DNA of 33,565 bases from Octopus sinensis (lineage: Eukaryota), in the NCBI RefSeq assembly GCF_006345805.1, contig NW_021831938.1:1-33565 (forward strand). Reading direction: 5' to 3'. The position numbers were made by a program, and so were the translations under genes. Below the pieces are notes generated by a model, which was not told where the DNA came from, ran no database searches, and saw only the letters and a list, made by a program, of their open reading frames with translations. The first letter of the stretch is position 1. Each line of letters starts with the position of its first letter. Of the stretch, positions 22,284 to 33,565 are shown one piece after another.

Positions 22284-22893
22284 TTACATTCTTTTCTACT
22301 CTAGGCACATGGTCCGAAATGTTTTGAGGGAGGGGGCCAGCCGATTAGATCGACCCCTGTAAGCAACGTGTACTTAATTTATCGACCCCGAAAGGATGAA
22401 AGGCAAAGTCGACCTCGGCGGAATTTGAACTCAGAAGACAGACGAAACACCGCTAAGCATTTCGGCCGGCGTGCTAACGTTTCTTATTTCTATATTGCCA
22501 ACAAGAGGCTAAACATAGAGGGGGACAAACAAAGGGATTAAGTCGATTACATCGACCCCAGTGCGTAACTGGTACTTTATTTATCGATCACGAAAGGATG
22601 AAAGGCAAAGTTGACCTCAGCGGAATTTGAACTCAGAACTTAGCGGCAAACGAAATACCTATTTCTTTACTACCCACAAGGGGCTAAACACAGAGAGGAA
22701 AAACAAGGACAGACAAACGGATTAAGACGAATATATCGACCCCAGTGCGTAACTGGTACTTTATTTATCGACCCCAAAAGGATGAAAGGCAAAGTCGGCA
22801 TCGGCGGAATTTGAACTCAGAACGTAGCGGCAGACGAAATGCCGCTAAGCATTTCTCCCAGCGCACTAACGTTTCTGCCAGCTCGTCGCCTTA
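22284..22893 (-). mobile_element. Head-to-tail trimer of SINE family 2 (22284-22473, 22474-22660, 22661-22893)
   Basis: Three repeats of atttatcga(cccc)gaaaggatgaaaggcaaagtcg...cggaatttgaactcagaa. Only the 22661-22893 unit has a complete head. Confidence 0.92.
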
Positions 22894-23609
22894 AAATCCT
22901 ACTACACTGAATTAGTAAAAAACATCACTAGTTTCATCTCTAACTCGTTTTCCACATATAAAATATCTACACATAACCACACGGCAATGAAATACAGATT
23001 CAAACATACAGAGATACACACATACATTCATATACATGCGTAAGCCGAGAGTGATGGCTATATACATACACATACATAAAGACAGGAATCTTGTTATAAC
23101 TATGGCTCCAGCAGATGCTCACACCAAGTTTAATCGTACAGAAAATCACAGTAAATTTTACAGGAATGATCTTAGAATAATTTAGACTCTAGAAAAGAGT
23201 ATGTCTATGAATTTCTAATAAGAATTCTTGTTTCGATTGAATGCCAATCACTACCAAACACCACCACATTCCATTCTAAATCCACACTCGTGTCACACGA
23301 CAGTTAATTTAATTCCTCCTTCCTTTCAGTAATTTTTATTTTATATTAAATTTTATTTGTCCATAAAAATACTGTCTTCGGTGACATCTGACTGTAAAGC
23401 TGGTTATAATCAGTAGTTTGTCGGTAGAAAGTGCCGTGCGTGTCACGTGCAACGTTTTGTTTCAAAATCTAAACATAGGCGCATAGTGTTGATGATAGTC
23501 GCGACAGTTGGTGTTGGTGGTCCCCACCCACCGACCACAAATTCGTTTTATTACGATGATTGACCAGGCAGATATAAATATCGCTATTACGATTCAAATG
23601 GTGATTTTG

Positions 23610-24089
23610 TTGTGATTGTTATTGTGGCAGTGGTAGTGGTGGTAGTGGTGCTGATGATGATGGTGACGACGACAATGATGACAGCGACATTGACAACGAC
23701 GACGACAACGTCGTCGTTGTTGTTGTTGATGATGATGTTGATGTTGATGGTGATGATGGTGATGATGATTATGATGTCGACAACGACGACGATGATAAAA
23801 GTACTGTTTCTGTTGCTGCTGATGATGATGGTGACGGCGATGATGAAGATAATGATGAATATGACAATAGTTAAAGAGATGTCAGTAAAATGTAATTATT
23901 GCTTCGATGAGCATGAGATCGATGATGATGTCGATACTAGGGACGAGCACAACGACGAAGATGAACAAAACAACGAGGACGATTGTGAAATGACGTCGAA
24001 GACGGTGACGACATCGGCCACGGCGGCATTTACAGAGACGACGAGAACTACAACGATGACGACGACGACGACGACGACGATGATGATGT

Positions 24090-24126
<37 letters not shown>

Positions 24127-24155
24127 ATTGATTATAAGGATGATGATGTAATGAC
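23610..24155. repeat. Cryptic (GAT/GAC/GTT/GTG) trinucleotide mosaic
   Basis: Direct reading; it explains the 179-aa low-complexity ORF. Confidence 0.9.
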
Positions 24156-24705
24156 AACACTTGTCCTAATGTCAGTGATACCGGCCTCGGGTCTTGATCT
24201 TAATCACGAATATCTCGTAAATAGCAATAAATAGATTTGATACAGTCTCCATTTGTTGCTTTATTTCCTTACGGAATCTCGATCATATAAGTAACACCTC
24301 TCATCAAAGTCATCAACAATAGCGAAAAGCATTATTACTTGTTACTGATCTAAATTTCCAAGTAGATAATACGGAGCTTTGTATTTCATAATGTGGTATT
24401 CATGTTGACTAAGATTTTCTTATATTTATCGATTCCCAGACAACTTATTTAGTTTAGTGATGCGTTTCGGAGGGTATCATATTAAAAGTCATAACTATGT
24501 TTCTAAGGCATTATTTCATAGATACTTCATAGTTTAGGAAACATAAGTATTAAAACATAGGTGGGATGTTATACTTTCATGTCATCGATGGCAAAAGAAC
24601 TGTAAAACATCAAAACTTAATCATTTACAAATATATACACGTACAAAAAATATACGGACGTTCAGTGTGCATATATACATATATGCACATAGTCATGTAC
24701 ACATA

Positions 24706-24777
<72 letters not shown>

Positions 24778-24840
24778 TAGAAATTGTAAGACAACAAAAG
24801 AAATAAAGAGACCTCGATATTTTGTAATGAGAGGAATTTA

Positions 24841-25132
24841 TCTGTAAATGTAATATGTGACAGTTATTTGGTATCCATGATAAAACTCCGAGTTTCGGAT
24901 GTCGGGGTGGAAATCCACGCCGCCATCTCTTCAGTTATCCAGTCATCGGAAAAAATGGTATGAAAATTATGCTATGAAAATGCTATGGCAAAATGTTATG
25001 GAATTTTCTTAGCATTTTTTTTTCCGAGGGCCAGATAACTAAAGAGACGGCGGCGTGGATTTCCACCCCGACATCCGAAACTCGGAGTTTTATCATGACT
25101 ACCGAATAATTGTGACATATTACATTTACAGA
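24841..25132. mobile_element. 292-bp fold-back MITE with about 110-bp terminal inverted repeats and a TA target-site duplication (Tc1/mariner-type)
   Basis: TA|TCTGTAAATGTAATATGT...ACATATTACATTTACAGA|TA. The arms share a perfect 49-bp match, catgataaaactccgagtttcggatgtcggggtggaaatccacgccgcc. Confidence 0.9.
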
Positions 25133-25148
25133 TATACATATATATATC

Positions 25149-25316
25149 AGGCGTGTGGTATTGGCTTTGTGGTAAGCAGCTTGCTTACCAACCACATGGT
25201 TCCAGTTTCAATTCCAATTGTGTGGCACCTTGAGCACGTGTCTTCTACTATAGCCTCGGGCCGACCAAATTTTTGTGAGCGGATTTGACAGACGGAAACT
25301 GAAAGCAGCCCATCGT
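25149..25316 (+). mobile_element. SINE family 1, 5' half ending in its internal microsatellite
   Basis: ggtaagcagcttgcttaccaaccacatggttcc...tcttctactatagcctcgggccgacc...gacggaaactgaaagcagcccatcg. Confidence 0.9.
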
Positions 25317-25407
25317 ATATATATACATATACATACATACATCCATATATGTATATATATACATATACATACATACATCCCCATACACACGTATGTTTAT
25401 ATATATA

Positions 25408-25589
25408 CAGGATGAATAAACTGTCGTCCGAATTACGCAATAAAGAAAATAAAAAATAAATTCTTATTTTAAAAGTTGCATTTACCAAAATTACATAAAA
25501 ATATCTTTAAATTTTAATGAATAAATTTATTCAATAAAATCCCCATTGTCTTCAATCACGGTTTCCAGACCATTTCGGAAGCTCCTGTA
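25408..25589 (-). mobile_element. 3' end of a Tc1/mariner-superfamily transposon (transposase C-terminus plus TIR)
   Basis: Minus translation YRSFRNGLETVIEDNGDFIE* (stop at 25527-25529) resembles the C-terminal consensus CRRFRSRLEAV.EA.G.F.E*. A TA|CAGGATG terminus at 25406-25414 resembles the CAGGGTG TIR start. Confidence 0.65.
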
Positions 25590-26175
25590 ATTAATCTGAA
25601 CGGCTCCCTTGCTATAATCTTTACCATCAATTCGTTTTTGATGTTACAAGGAGTTTTCTTGATCTCTCGTTGAACTGCGCCCCACACATACATATGTCTG
25701 TGTGTGTGTATGTGTGTGTGTATTTATATATGTATTTATACATATATCCGTGCGTATGTTTATTAGAGGGAGCGAGAAAAATTGAAAAACGTTGAAATTG
25801 TGCATGTATAATGAAAGAGAGAAGGGGATTGTTGAAAAGATTCCACATAATTTAGGGTATATATTAAGATGTTCTTTTCCATTGATATTGCAGTGAATTA
25901 ATTCCAGAGTACATTATTATAGTCAAACCAGTTGAAAATTCAATAACAGGCACTGAAAAACAAATTATTACAATCAGATATTTTCAAAAGATATTATTAC
26001 CTATTCCAAAATAATATATCATAACCAATATGCATTAATAGAATCAACTCAGTTCAAGATTACTGATTACAAACAGCATTCAAATAATTTCAATCTATCT
26101 TATTAAAATCTCAAAAATCTATAATCGCAAAAGTTCATCAAAGTACATTCTAACCGGTTTCACTTCTTATTGCAG

Positions 26176-26197
26176 TTGTTCATCGCAATGTTCATCT
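26176..26197 (+). other. Candidate 22-nt micro-exon
   Basis: Branch-like CTAAC (26150-26154), tract tttcacttcttattgcAG, exon TTGTTCATCGCAATGTTCATCT and donor GTAAGA. Confidence 0.25.
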
Positions 26198-27505
26198 GTA
26201 AGATCTACCTACTAGTTTCCTTTAATACCTGAGGAAGGCTTTTTATATACTCACTAGGTAACAAGGTGTTAATATTGTGCGTATCATTAGATCTAAATCA
26301 ACCAGTGATGTAATTTTTTGTGCCCTAATTTATGAAATTATAAGAAGTATATTCTAAAGATATTAGAAAATGAATTAAATATAATTATTAACTAAAAATC
26401 ATGTTAATATTTAGCTAATAACGTAATCTTCGTTTATATTTTACTTTCAGAGTTTGTCTTTATTGATTCTTTCTTGCTCTGAGATATTTTCTGCATGTTG
26501 GTCGAGTGGGAAACGTTTAAAATTCAAAGTTCCTGGATATCTGTTTAGATAATCACCGAGTCGAAGTTTTCTAATATTCGTATCATGTATTTTGTTGTTA
26601 GTGAACCATCGACCAATTTCCAAATGACGTTCTGTGTGGTCAATATCATTCTCACCATAAATACTTTATATTTCAGCATATATTAAGTTTTCCAAAAGCA
26701 TAAGAAGTTATTTTCTATTAAAAAAATTTTTCAATCTTTCGAAATGGTCCACGAAGCCTTTGAATATACTGAGCGTTTCTGTCAACGACAACGTATTTTA
26801 TCACATGCATGGTTGTATAGTCTTTCACTGATGAATGTTGATATTAATTTTGAAGTAGAATTACTTGTTGCCTAAGGGAAAACTATGTCCGAAGTTTGTT
26901 TTTTAATAATTGACGTCTCGTATTCTCCATTATATTTAGTCGATTTTCGTAAATACAAAATTATACATATAAATCGATTAAATGTGTCATGTTCTGTTTT
27001 ATGCTAAAAGATGATTTTTGTTTCTACTAATTAAACTCAAATTTTTGTACTCTTACGTAAAAGTAAAACATAATTGCCTCGGAAATACAATTTTCTCTCC
27101 TCCCTTGTATTACTATTCATTTCCTTTCCATCTATCTACGCAATCGGTGAAAACAACCATAAATGTTATTTTCTGCTGTTCTCTACGCCAAAATATTTAG
27201 TCATTTCCCTATCGTTCCATATTTAAATAGTATAATGTAATTAATAAAATCTTAGATGCTTTGTACTGAAAAGATTTAACCAATTTCATCTGGCAGCTCT
27301 ATACACATAAGAATATTAATGACTTTATTGGTGAAACGAAAAAGAAATTAAAAGTGCATAAATTAAATAAGCGTTTTATTTAATTAACATTGATTAAAAT
27401 AAATGCATAAAAGTATATTATACCTAATACATATTTCATTCCATTGAAATCTAACTTAACGCCCAAAATTAAAAACGAAATAATATTCACTTCTATACTA
27501 TAATC

Positions 27506-27825
27506 TGGCACAATGCTCAATAGCTAGAGCGTGGGGCTCACAATCATGAGGTACTGAGTTCGATTCCAGGACCGGGCTGCGTGTTGAGTTCTTGAGCAAG
27601 ACACATTATTTCACGTTGCTCCAGTTCACCCAGCTGTAGAAATGAGTTTCGACATCACAGGTGCCAAGCTGTATCGGCCTTTGTCTTTCCCTTGGATAAC
27701 ATCGGTGGCACGGAGAGGGGAGGCTGGTATGCATGGGCAACTATTGATCTACGATAAACAACCCTGTACCTCGAAGTGTAACTCTCTAGGTGCAATCTAA
27801 AGTCATTCACGACCGAAAGAGTTCC
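27506..27825 (+). mobile_element. SINE family 3, near full length
   Basis: tRNA-like head with B box gagttcgattcc; the body is collinear with the reverse complement of 13631-13890. Confidence 0.9.
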
Positions 27826-29744
27826 TTACTCATTACTATAATTTGGATATTCTGAGAATATTTAATTGCCTACGCAATTTTTGAGCCTCCTTCAGCATTT
27901 CATCAAATTATTAATGGTGGGGGTGGGGATAACATTTCGGTTCATCTGTGTGGAAATAAGGAACAAGTAACTGTTTCATCTGCATTTTGATATATTTCTC
28001 ATCTCTTGGTGGTGAAGGTCATGGGATGTAGAGGTAGAGGTGAGTAATACAATATTGCTTTCTAATCTGTTGGGGAATTTATCGAGCAGCAATTCCAAAC
28101 TTTTCGATGGGATCCAAAATACACCGTCAGGGAAAAGCCACATGTACATCTTGCATGTGAACTCGCAGACACAGACACTCTTTCTCTATCTATATCTTTC
28201 TCTCTCTCTGTGTCGTATGCACACACTCACGCACACATATATGCGTATGTGTTTGTATAAGGATATGGGGTTATAAATTATAACAGAATTGTCGATGAAA
28301 TAGTTAACACTATGTCAATATAATTTTATAAAAATGACAATAAAAACGGTGGAATCAGTGTGCACTTCAACTGGAAACCAGGAAGACTGCAAGCTAAGCT
28401 CTATAAACCGTCTAGTTCACTCCACCGTTAGTTCTAATCTCAAATGGCTCAGAGCTACAAACAAATACGTCACCCGTGGATTAATACGGTAATCTCATCT
28501 GAATGAAATTACTCGAATTTTCGGACGAATGCAAGGAGCCGGAAATTAGGATTAGGAGAATAAGACGACTGAAGAAACATGCGATGTCATTTCCTCATTA
28601 AAAGTATAGTATCTTTTGAAAATATTTGGGGAAATTTTCCCCGGAGGATAAGAAATGTTATTTGGACAATTCTTTAGACTTGATACAGCATAAACCAAAC
28701 ATTATGCAAATAGCAAATAAATAAAATAACAACAACGTTGCTGCTCTGGGAAAAACGAAATGAACAGCAAGAAAAATTAAAAAGAAAAAAGACAAACAAG
28801 ACAATATTAATAATAGCAAAAACATAGCTGAAATGCTATGTCACATAAAATGAAAACAATTATACAAAATCATAATACTGGTATTGTCTGAGTTGGTCAA
28901 AACACTATCATGGGAAGATAAGAGCTAATCACTCTGACATTATCATTAAACTTTCCATCCAGAGATTTTACAGTTATTGTTACGGAATATTCATAAGATA
29001 AGGGCATTTGAGTATGGGATTAGTCAGAGAGAAAGTTCCTCTCTGTAGTAGTGGGATGTTCTTCGTATGTACACAACCAATTTGCTTTCGAATTCCAGCC
29101 GTAAAATATGCTATAAACTAAAAATACCATAGAGTAGATAATACAGAGATGACATCAATCTACATAGAATACAATGGACGTGTGTTAAAAACCTAGTTAG
29201 GAATAGAATAAGTGTTTCTCATATAAGGACTTGCTATGTAAAGAGAACCATTGAATTGCTGAATATGGGAGTTGAAAAATAGCGTAGATGTATTTTAATC
29301 TCAAACTGGGCAAGGTAAATTAACCACAAAAGACAATCGACGACAAAAAGGATTTACTAAAAGGTTGAATCGAAACTGCTCTTTGACTGCTGTGTTCTTT
29401 AACTGCAATCAATTTACGGTAAGCAAAATCTTCGAACGATTGAGAAAAATATATCATTATTAACGCAAATTTAAGTGAAATTGCACAATAAGATTTGGAA
29501 ATTTCTATAGCCTTTATTTTGCATGAAGAAGGTATCGTTAAGAACAAATTACCAATGGAAAATAATCTTTAATAGACTGAAGTAATATATTGTAACGAGA
29601 AGAAAAGTGATTGGCCTTAATGAAAATGAGTTTCAAAATGAATAAGGAATTCAAGTGGACCAAAATTTAATGTTGACATTCGAAAACGCTTTCTCTCTCT
29701 CTCTCTCTGAACGCTGGTAACTGTAACTGGTGATAAAATCTGAC

Positions 29745-29905
29745 ATGTTTCTGACAGTATCATTGGCGTATCGGGTAAAACGCTTTTCGACATTTCTACC
29801 GGCTATTTACCATCTGATTTCAAATGCCGCCGTTGTCGACCTTGTCTTTAATCACTGCGGCGTCAATAAAAGAAGCACTAGCTGAGCAATACCTGAGCAC
29901 TGAGC
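29745..29905 (+). mobile_element. SINE family 2, highly diverged
   Basis: tcattggcgtatcgggtaaaacgcttt...tttcaaatgccgccgttgtcgaccttgtcttt...gtcaataaaagaagcacta resembles the family consensus seen in the window. Confidence 0.6.
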
Positions 29906-30834
29906 AAGTAACTTTTGCTTCCCACTATAATTATTGACCGTCTGTCAAAAATAAAATGATTATATCTCTATGTAAGGTATGAGCTACGTTGAGCTGAAAA
30001 GGGAAAAGGATGTTCCCGTGATTTATAGATGGTATACTAAACGCAAATGTTGAAACATTCCTGAAAGGAGCTTGTTATGTGAAAACATTGAGTTAAGTGC
30101 AAGCGTTCATACCTCAAGTAGTAGTTCAGAAAATTTTTATAATAGATTCGGTGCTCTGCAAATAGATCAAGCAACAATGAAGCACTTTGAGAATGGGCAT
30201 CCCATTTATTAATTCTTCTGCATTTCTCCATTTAATATTTGCCAGATTAAAATACCAGCAAGCTCAAAAAATTATTATTAACTATACAAACAGTATTAAT
30301 ACGAAAAGTTAATATTTATCCCAACTTAAAATCCGATGTTGTGTTACAACATAGGATACTGCGATAATTATAATGAGAACATCCCTCATATTGGCTTTCA
30401 CACGCAAACACAGAGACACATACATATATGTAGGCCCGTACATACGTCCATACATGTATGCATACGAACATGTGTTACCTGTGAAAATGTTCTTGTGCAG
30501 AGATTGTGTGTGTTTGAGAGAGAAACTGTATGTGTGTGTGTGTGTGTGTGTGAAGGATGATTGATGATGTGACTGCGCATAGGAAGTGTCGGATTAGGCA
30601 CACATAAACATAATTATGCATATATATTCACATGCGGATGGATGTAAATATTTCCATCTACACACAAGAATATATAAATGATAGCAGAATGCGTCTAGGT
30701 ACACTCGTGAACATGTGTGCCTGAATGAATTTCAGTATGTAGGTATATGTATTTGTAAGGATACAATAATTTTACGCATGCGCGAGCGTGGGTGTATATG
30801 CTACGTGTATGCATTTATGTCAATGCTATCAGTA

Positions 30835-30984
30835 GTATATACACACACACACCACACGCATATATATATATATATATATAGATATATATATATATATATA
30901 TATATACTAAATATTTTTCTACATATATATATATATATAATATATATATATAATATCTATATATATATATAGATATACATATAC

Positions 30985-31015
<31 letters not shown>

Positions 31016-31018
31016 TGT

Positions 31019-31056
<38 letters not shown>

Positions 31057-31081
31057 TATACACAACACATACATATATATT
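30835..31081. repeat. (TA)n-rich microsatellite
   Basis: Direct reading. Confidence 0.95.
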
Positions 31082-31500
31082 ATACTTGATACTTTGATAG
31101 GTTTCGGCCATTATTGGCCCAGGCCATGTCTACTTAATAGCACCACCTGGTGAAGTCTTTCAAGTCAGAATTTGGGGCACTATGGCCCACTCAAGTAGAG
31201 AGTTATGTTTACAGTGACATATCCGGGTGTTGGGGCTTTATCCGGGATTTCTTGAAGGAATCTGTCAAAGACTTCTTGAACCCTATAGGGTCAGTTTCTG
31301 TTTTTAATGTGTTTTGGTGTAATGTTAAAGAGAGCGGGGCCAATTGAGGTGAAATCATTGTGCCGTATTGTTGTTATGAGATGAGAGTGCGATTTGTTTT
31401 GGGCGGATGGCACGGGGCCCAAGCCTTGGATGTACCTAAAGGTGATGCCAACATCATTTGGGCAATGCTGATGGAATATTTTCCACATCATGCAGATGAT
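31082..31500 (-). mobile_element. 3' end of a CR1-type LINE (ORF2 C-terminus, 3' UTR and short tail)
   Basis: Minus translation MWKIFHQHCPNDVGITF...LITTIRHNDFTSIGPALFNITPKHIK, continuing with frameshifts as ...FKKS.DRFLQEIPDK.PTPGY. It ends in ggccgaaacctatcaaagtatcaagt, typical of CR1/L2-like ORF2 ends. Confidence 0.8.
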
Positions 31501-31503
31501 GAT

Positions 31504-31551
<48 letters not shown>

Positions 31552-31632
31552 ATAAATATATAATATATATATATAATACACACACACACAATATTATATA
31601 TATTATATATTATACATATATATATACGTATA

Positions 31633-31668
<36 letters not shown>

Positions 31669-31710
31669 GTATATAGATACGATTATAATATATAATATAA
31701 TATTATATAT

Positions 31711-31762
<52 letters not shown>
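31501..31762. repeat. (TA)n/(TAA) tract at the junction between the two LINE pieces
   Basis: Direct reading. Confidence 0.95.
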
Positions 31763-31764
<2 letters not shown>

Positions 31765-33565
31765 GATATATGGTATGAGAGAGTTAGTTGAGACGCAGCC
31801 ATTAGAAAATACCACAGGCCTATCCAGTCTAAACTTCCATAAGGCAAACTGGAAGAAGATCACGAAGAGATCCGAAAACATGACTGGAGTGACTTCATCA
31901 CCACACAAGACACAAACACACATTTCCAACATTTCATGACAACATACAGAACATATGCCATAAGTTTGTCCCGGAGAAAAAGCCAGCGGGCATAGGAACG
32001 TTATTCCCAGAGACAGGAAAATACTTATGAGGCGAAGAGCTAAGCTCTCGAAGCAACTGAATGCACGGCAGAGAAACAATGAGGGACTCCACCTGAAACT
32101 TTTTGAAACGGAAACTGCACTCAAACTTTCCTATGAGAAGGAGAGGGCAGAGAGAGAAGCCAGGGCCATTAGAGAATATTAAAACAAACCCTAAGCCTTC
32201 TTTAAATTTGCGAAAGAAACCACCTCGGTACACTGCAGATTGGCCCACTCTTTGATAAAAGGGCTCTCTAACTGAGGACCCCCCAAGGGATAAGTGATAC
32301 TAAAGGAACAGTATAAAAGTGTGTTCACATCCCCTCTGGGGCACATGCAAATCACAAACCCAGAAGTTTTCTTTGATGCCACAACACTCCAAAACCAAAC
32401 AACAACCATCGACTACATAGACATAACAGAGAGGGATGTAATATCTGCCATAGAGAAATGAGAATAAACTCAGCTGCTGGACCAGATGGATTCCCATCAG
32501 TCCTCCTAAAAAGATGCAGGCATGCCCTAGCGGGACCACTGAAGAAGCTCTTCAGTGGTTCCTTGGAACGGTAAACTGCCTAGGGCGCTAAAAGAAGGTA
32601 CCATATGCCCTATCCACAAAGGAGGAGTAGAGCAGAGGCCAAAAACTACAGGCCAGTCTCCTGACGTCACACATAAGTAAGGTCATGGAACGAATCATCA
32701 GAAAAAAACTGATCACGTTCCTCGAAGAAACTAACCGTCTCACTGACACACAGCATGGCTTTCGCCCAGGAAGAAGCTGCCTTACGCAGCTGTTACAACA
32801 CTACGACTGGGTACTGAAACAACTACTGGATCGCTCACAGGTAGATGTGGTATATCTCGACTTTGCGAAGGCTTTGACAAAGTCGACCACGGAGTGATAT
32901 GTCACAAATACTCAGACTCGGCATAACAGGAAAGTAGTGAGTGGATACATGACTTCCTGAAGGACAGAAGCCAGATGGTTGCAGCCAATGGAGCCCTCTC
33001 GGGAAAGACACCAATAGCAAGCGGGGTACCACAGGGCACAGTCTTGGGACCCTTGCTGTTTTGGTGGCGCTCTCTGACATGCCCTTGGTAGCACAAACAA
33101 CATCCCTCACTAGCTATGCTGATGACACAAAGGTAGCACAGGCAATCAAAACCCAGCTGATGCTGACCTTTACAACAAGATCTGGATGCCATATACAAAT
33201 GGGGCTGAAGACAAAAACATGCAATTTAATGCTGGTAAATTTCAAGCCTTACAACATCAAGCTTGTAAACACATATACATTACAACACAACTATACTGGT
33301 CCAGGAGGGATCGAAATCCCAGTATCGAAATCAATACGGGACCTGGGGATAGACATGAGTGACGATGCATCTTTTTCTTCACACATCGCGAAGGTGGCGA
33401 CAAGTGCAGACGACTCACTGGCTGGATCCTGAGGACATTCCGGACAAGAGACTGCGAGACCATGTTGACACTATGGAGGACATTTGTCCTAAGCCGCCTG
33501 GACTACTGCTCCCAACTGTGGTCACCGCATAGTGTCAAACTAACCACAGAGCTTGAGACAATCCA
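31763..33565 (+). mobile_element. CR1-type LINE ORF2 pseudogene (post-endonuclease linker plus reverse transcriptase), multiple frameshifts, continuing beyond the window
   Basis: Motifs in order: LNFHKANW, SAAGPDG (32470), KNYRPVS/LTSHISKVMERII, QHGFRPGRSCLTQLL (32751), YLDFAKA, SGVPQGTVLGPLLF (about 33020), YADD (33115-33126), IRDLGI, SRLDYCSQLWSP. Confidence 0.95.

Noticed and set aside
22360-22830. Regularly spaced repeats of about 190 bp, superficially CRISPR- or satellite-like
   Set aside because: The context is eukaryotic, the units are whole SINE bodies with no unique spacers, and there are no cas genes.
23612-24151. 179-aa M/T/V-rich ORF, with a poly-D alternative frame
   Set aside because: A cryptic trinucleotide mosaic with no domain or splice support.
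28336-28430. aacggtgga...tccaccgtt inverted repeat as a possible miRNA hairpin
   Set aside because: Only 9 contiguous bp pair and the interior pairs poorly.
30055-30212. Plus-strand 52-codon stretch containing NRFGAL, resembling an ORF1/gag motif
   Set aside because: It is too short and has no supporting neighbouring retroelement sequence.

Overview
AT-rich eukaryotic genomic DNA, saturated with microsatellites and decayed mobile elements. The SINE repertoire and repeat landscape look like a coleoid cephalopod, most likely Octopus (recognition from memory, not a database search). No complete host gene is recognisable; the window looks intergenic or like a large intron, with a few weak candidate exons. 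Nearly all ORFs in the supplied track are microsatellite artefacts. The coding remnants I can support are transposon-derived: two different Penelope-like (PLE) GIY-YIG endonuclease fragments (1-262 and 13061-13400, both minus), a mariner transposase N-terminus (14066-14750, +), a Tc1 transposase fragment (16390-16780, -), a Tc1/mariner 3' end (25408-25589, -) and a CR1-type LINE split into two oppositely oriented pieces (31082-31500 minus; 31763-33565 plus). About 20 tRNA-derived SINE copies fall into at least three families. The most interesting signals are: minimal hammerhead-ribozyme motifs in PLE tails of two families; a head-to-tail SINE trimer that looks self-targeted; a LINE with twin-priming-like inversion geometry; a 292-bp fold-back MITE with a perfect 49-bp stem; closely spaced inverted SINE pairs that could form ADAR substrates; and candidate plus-strand exons.
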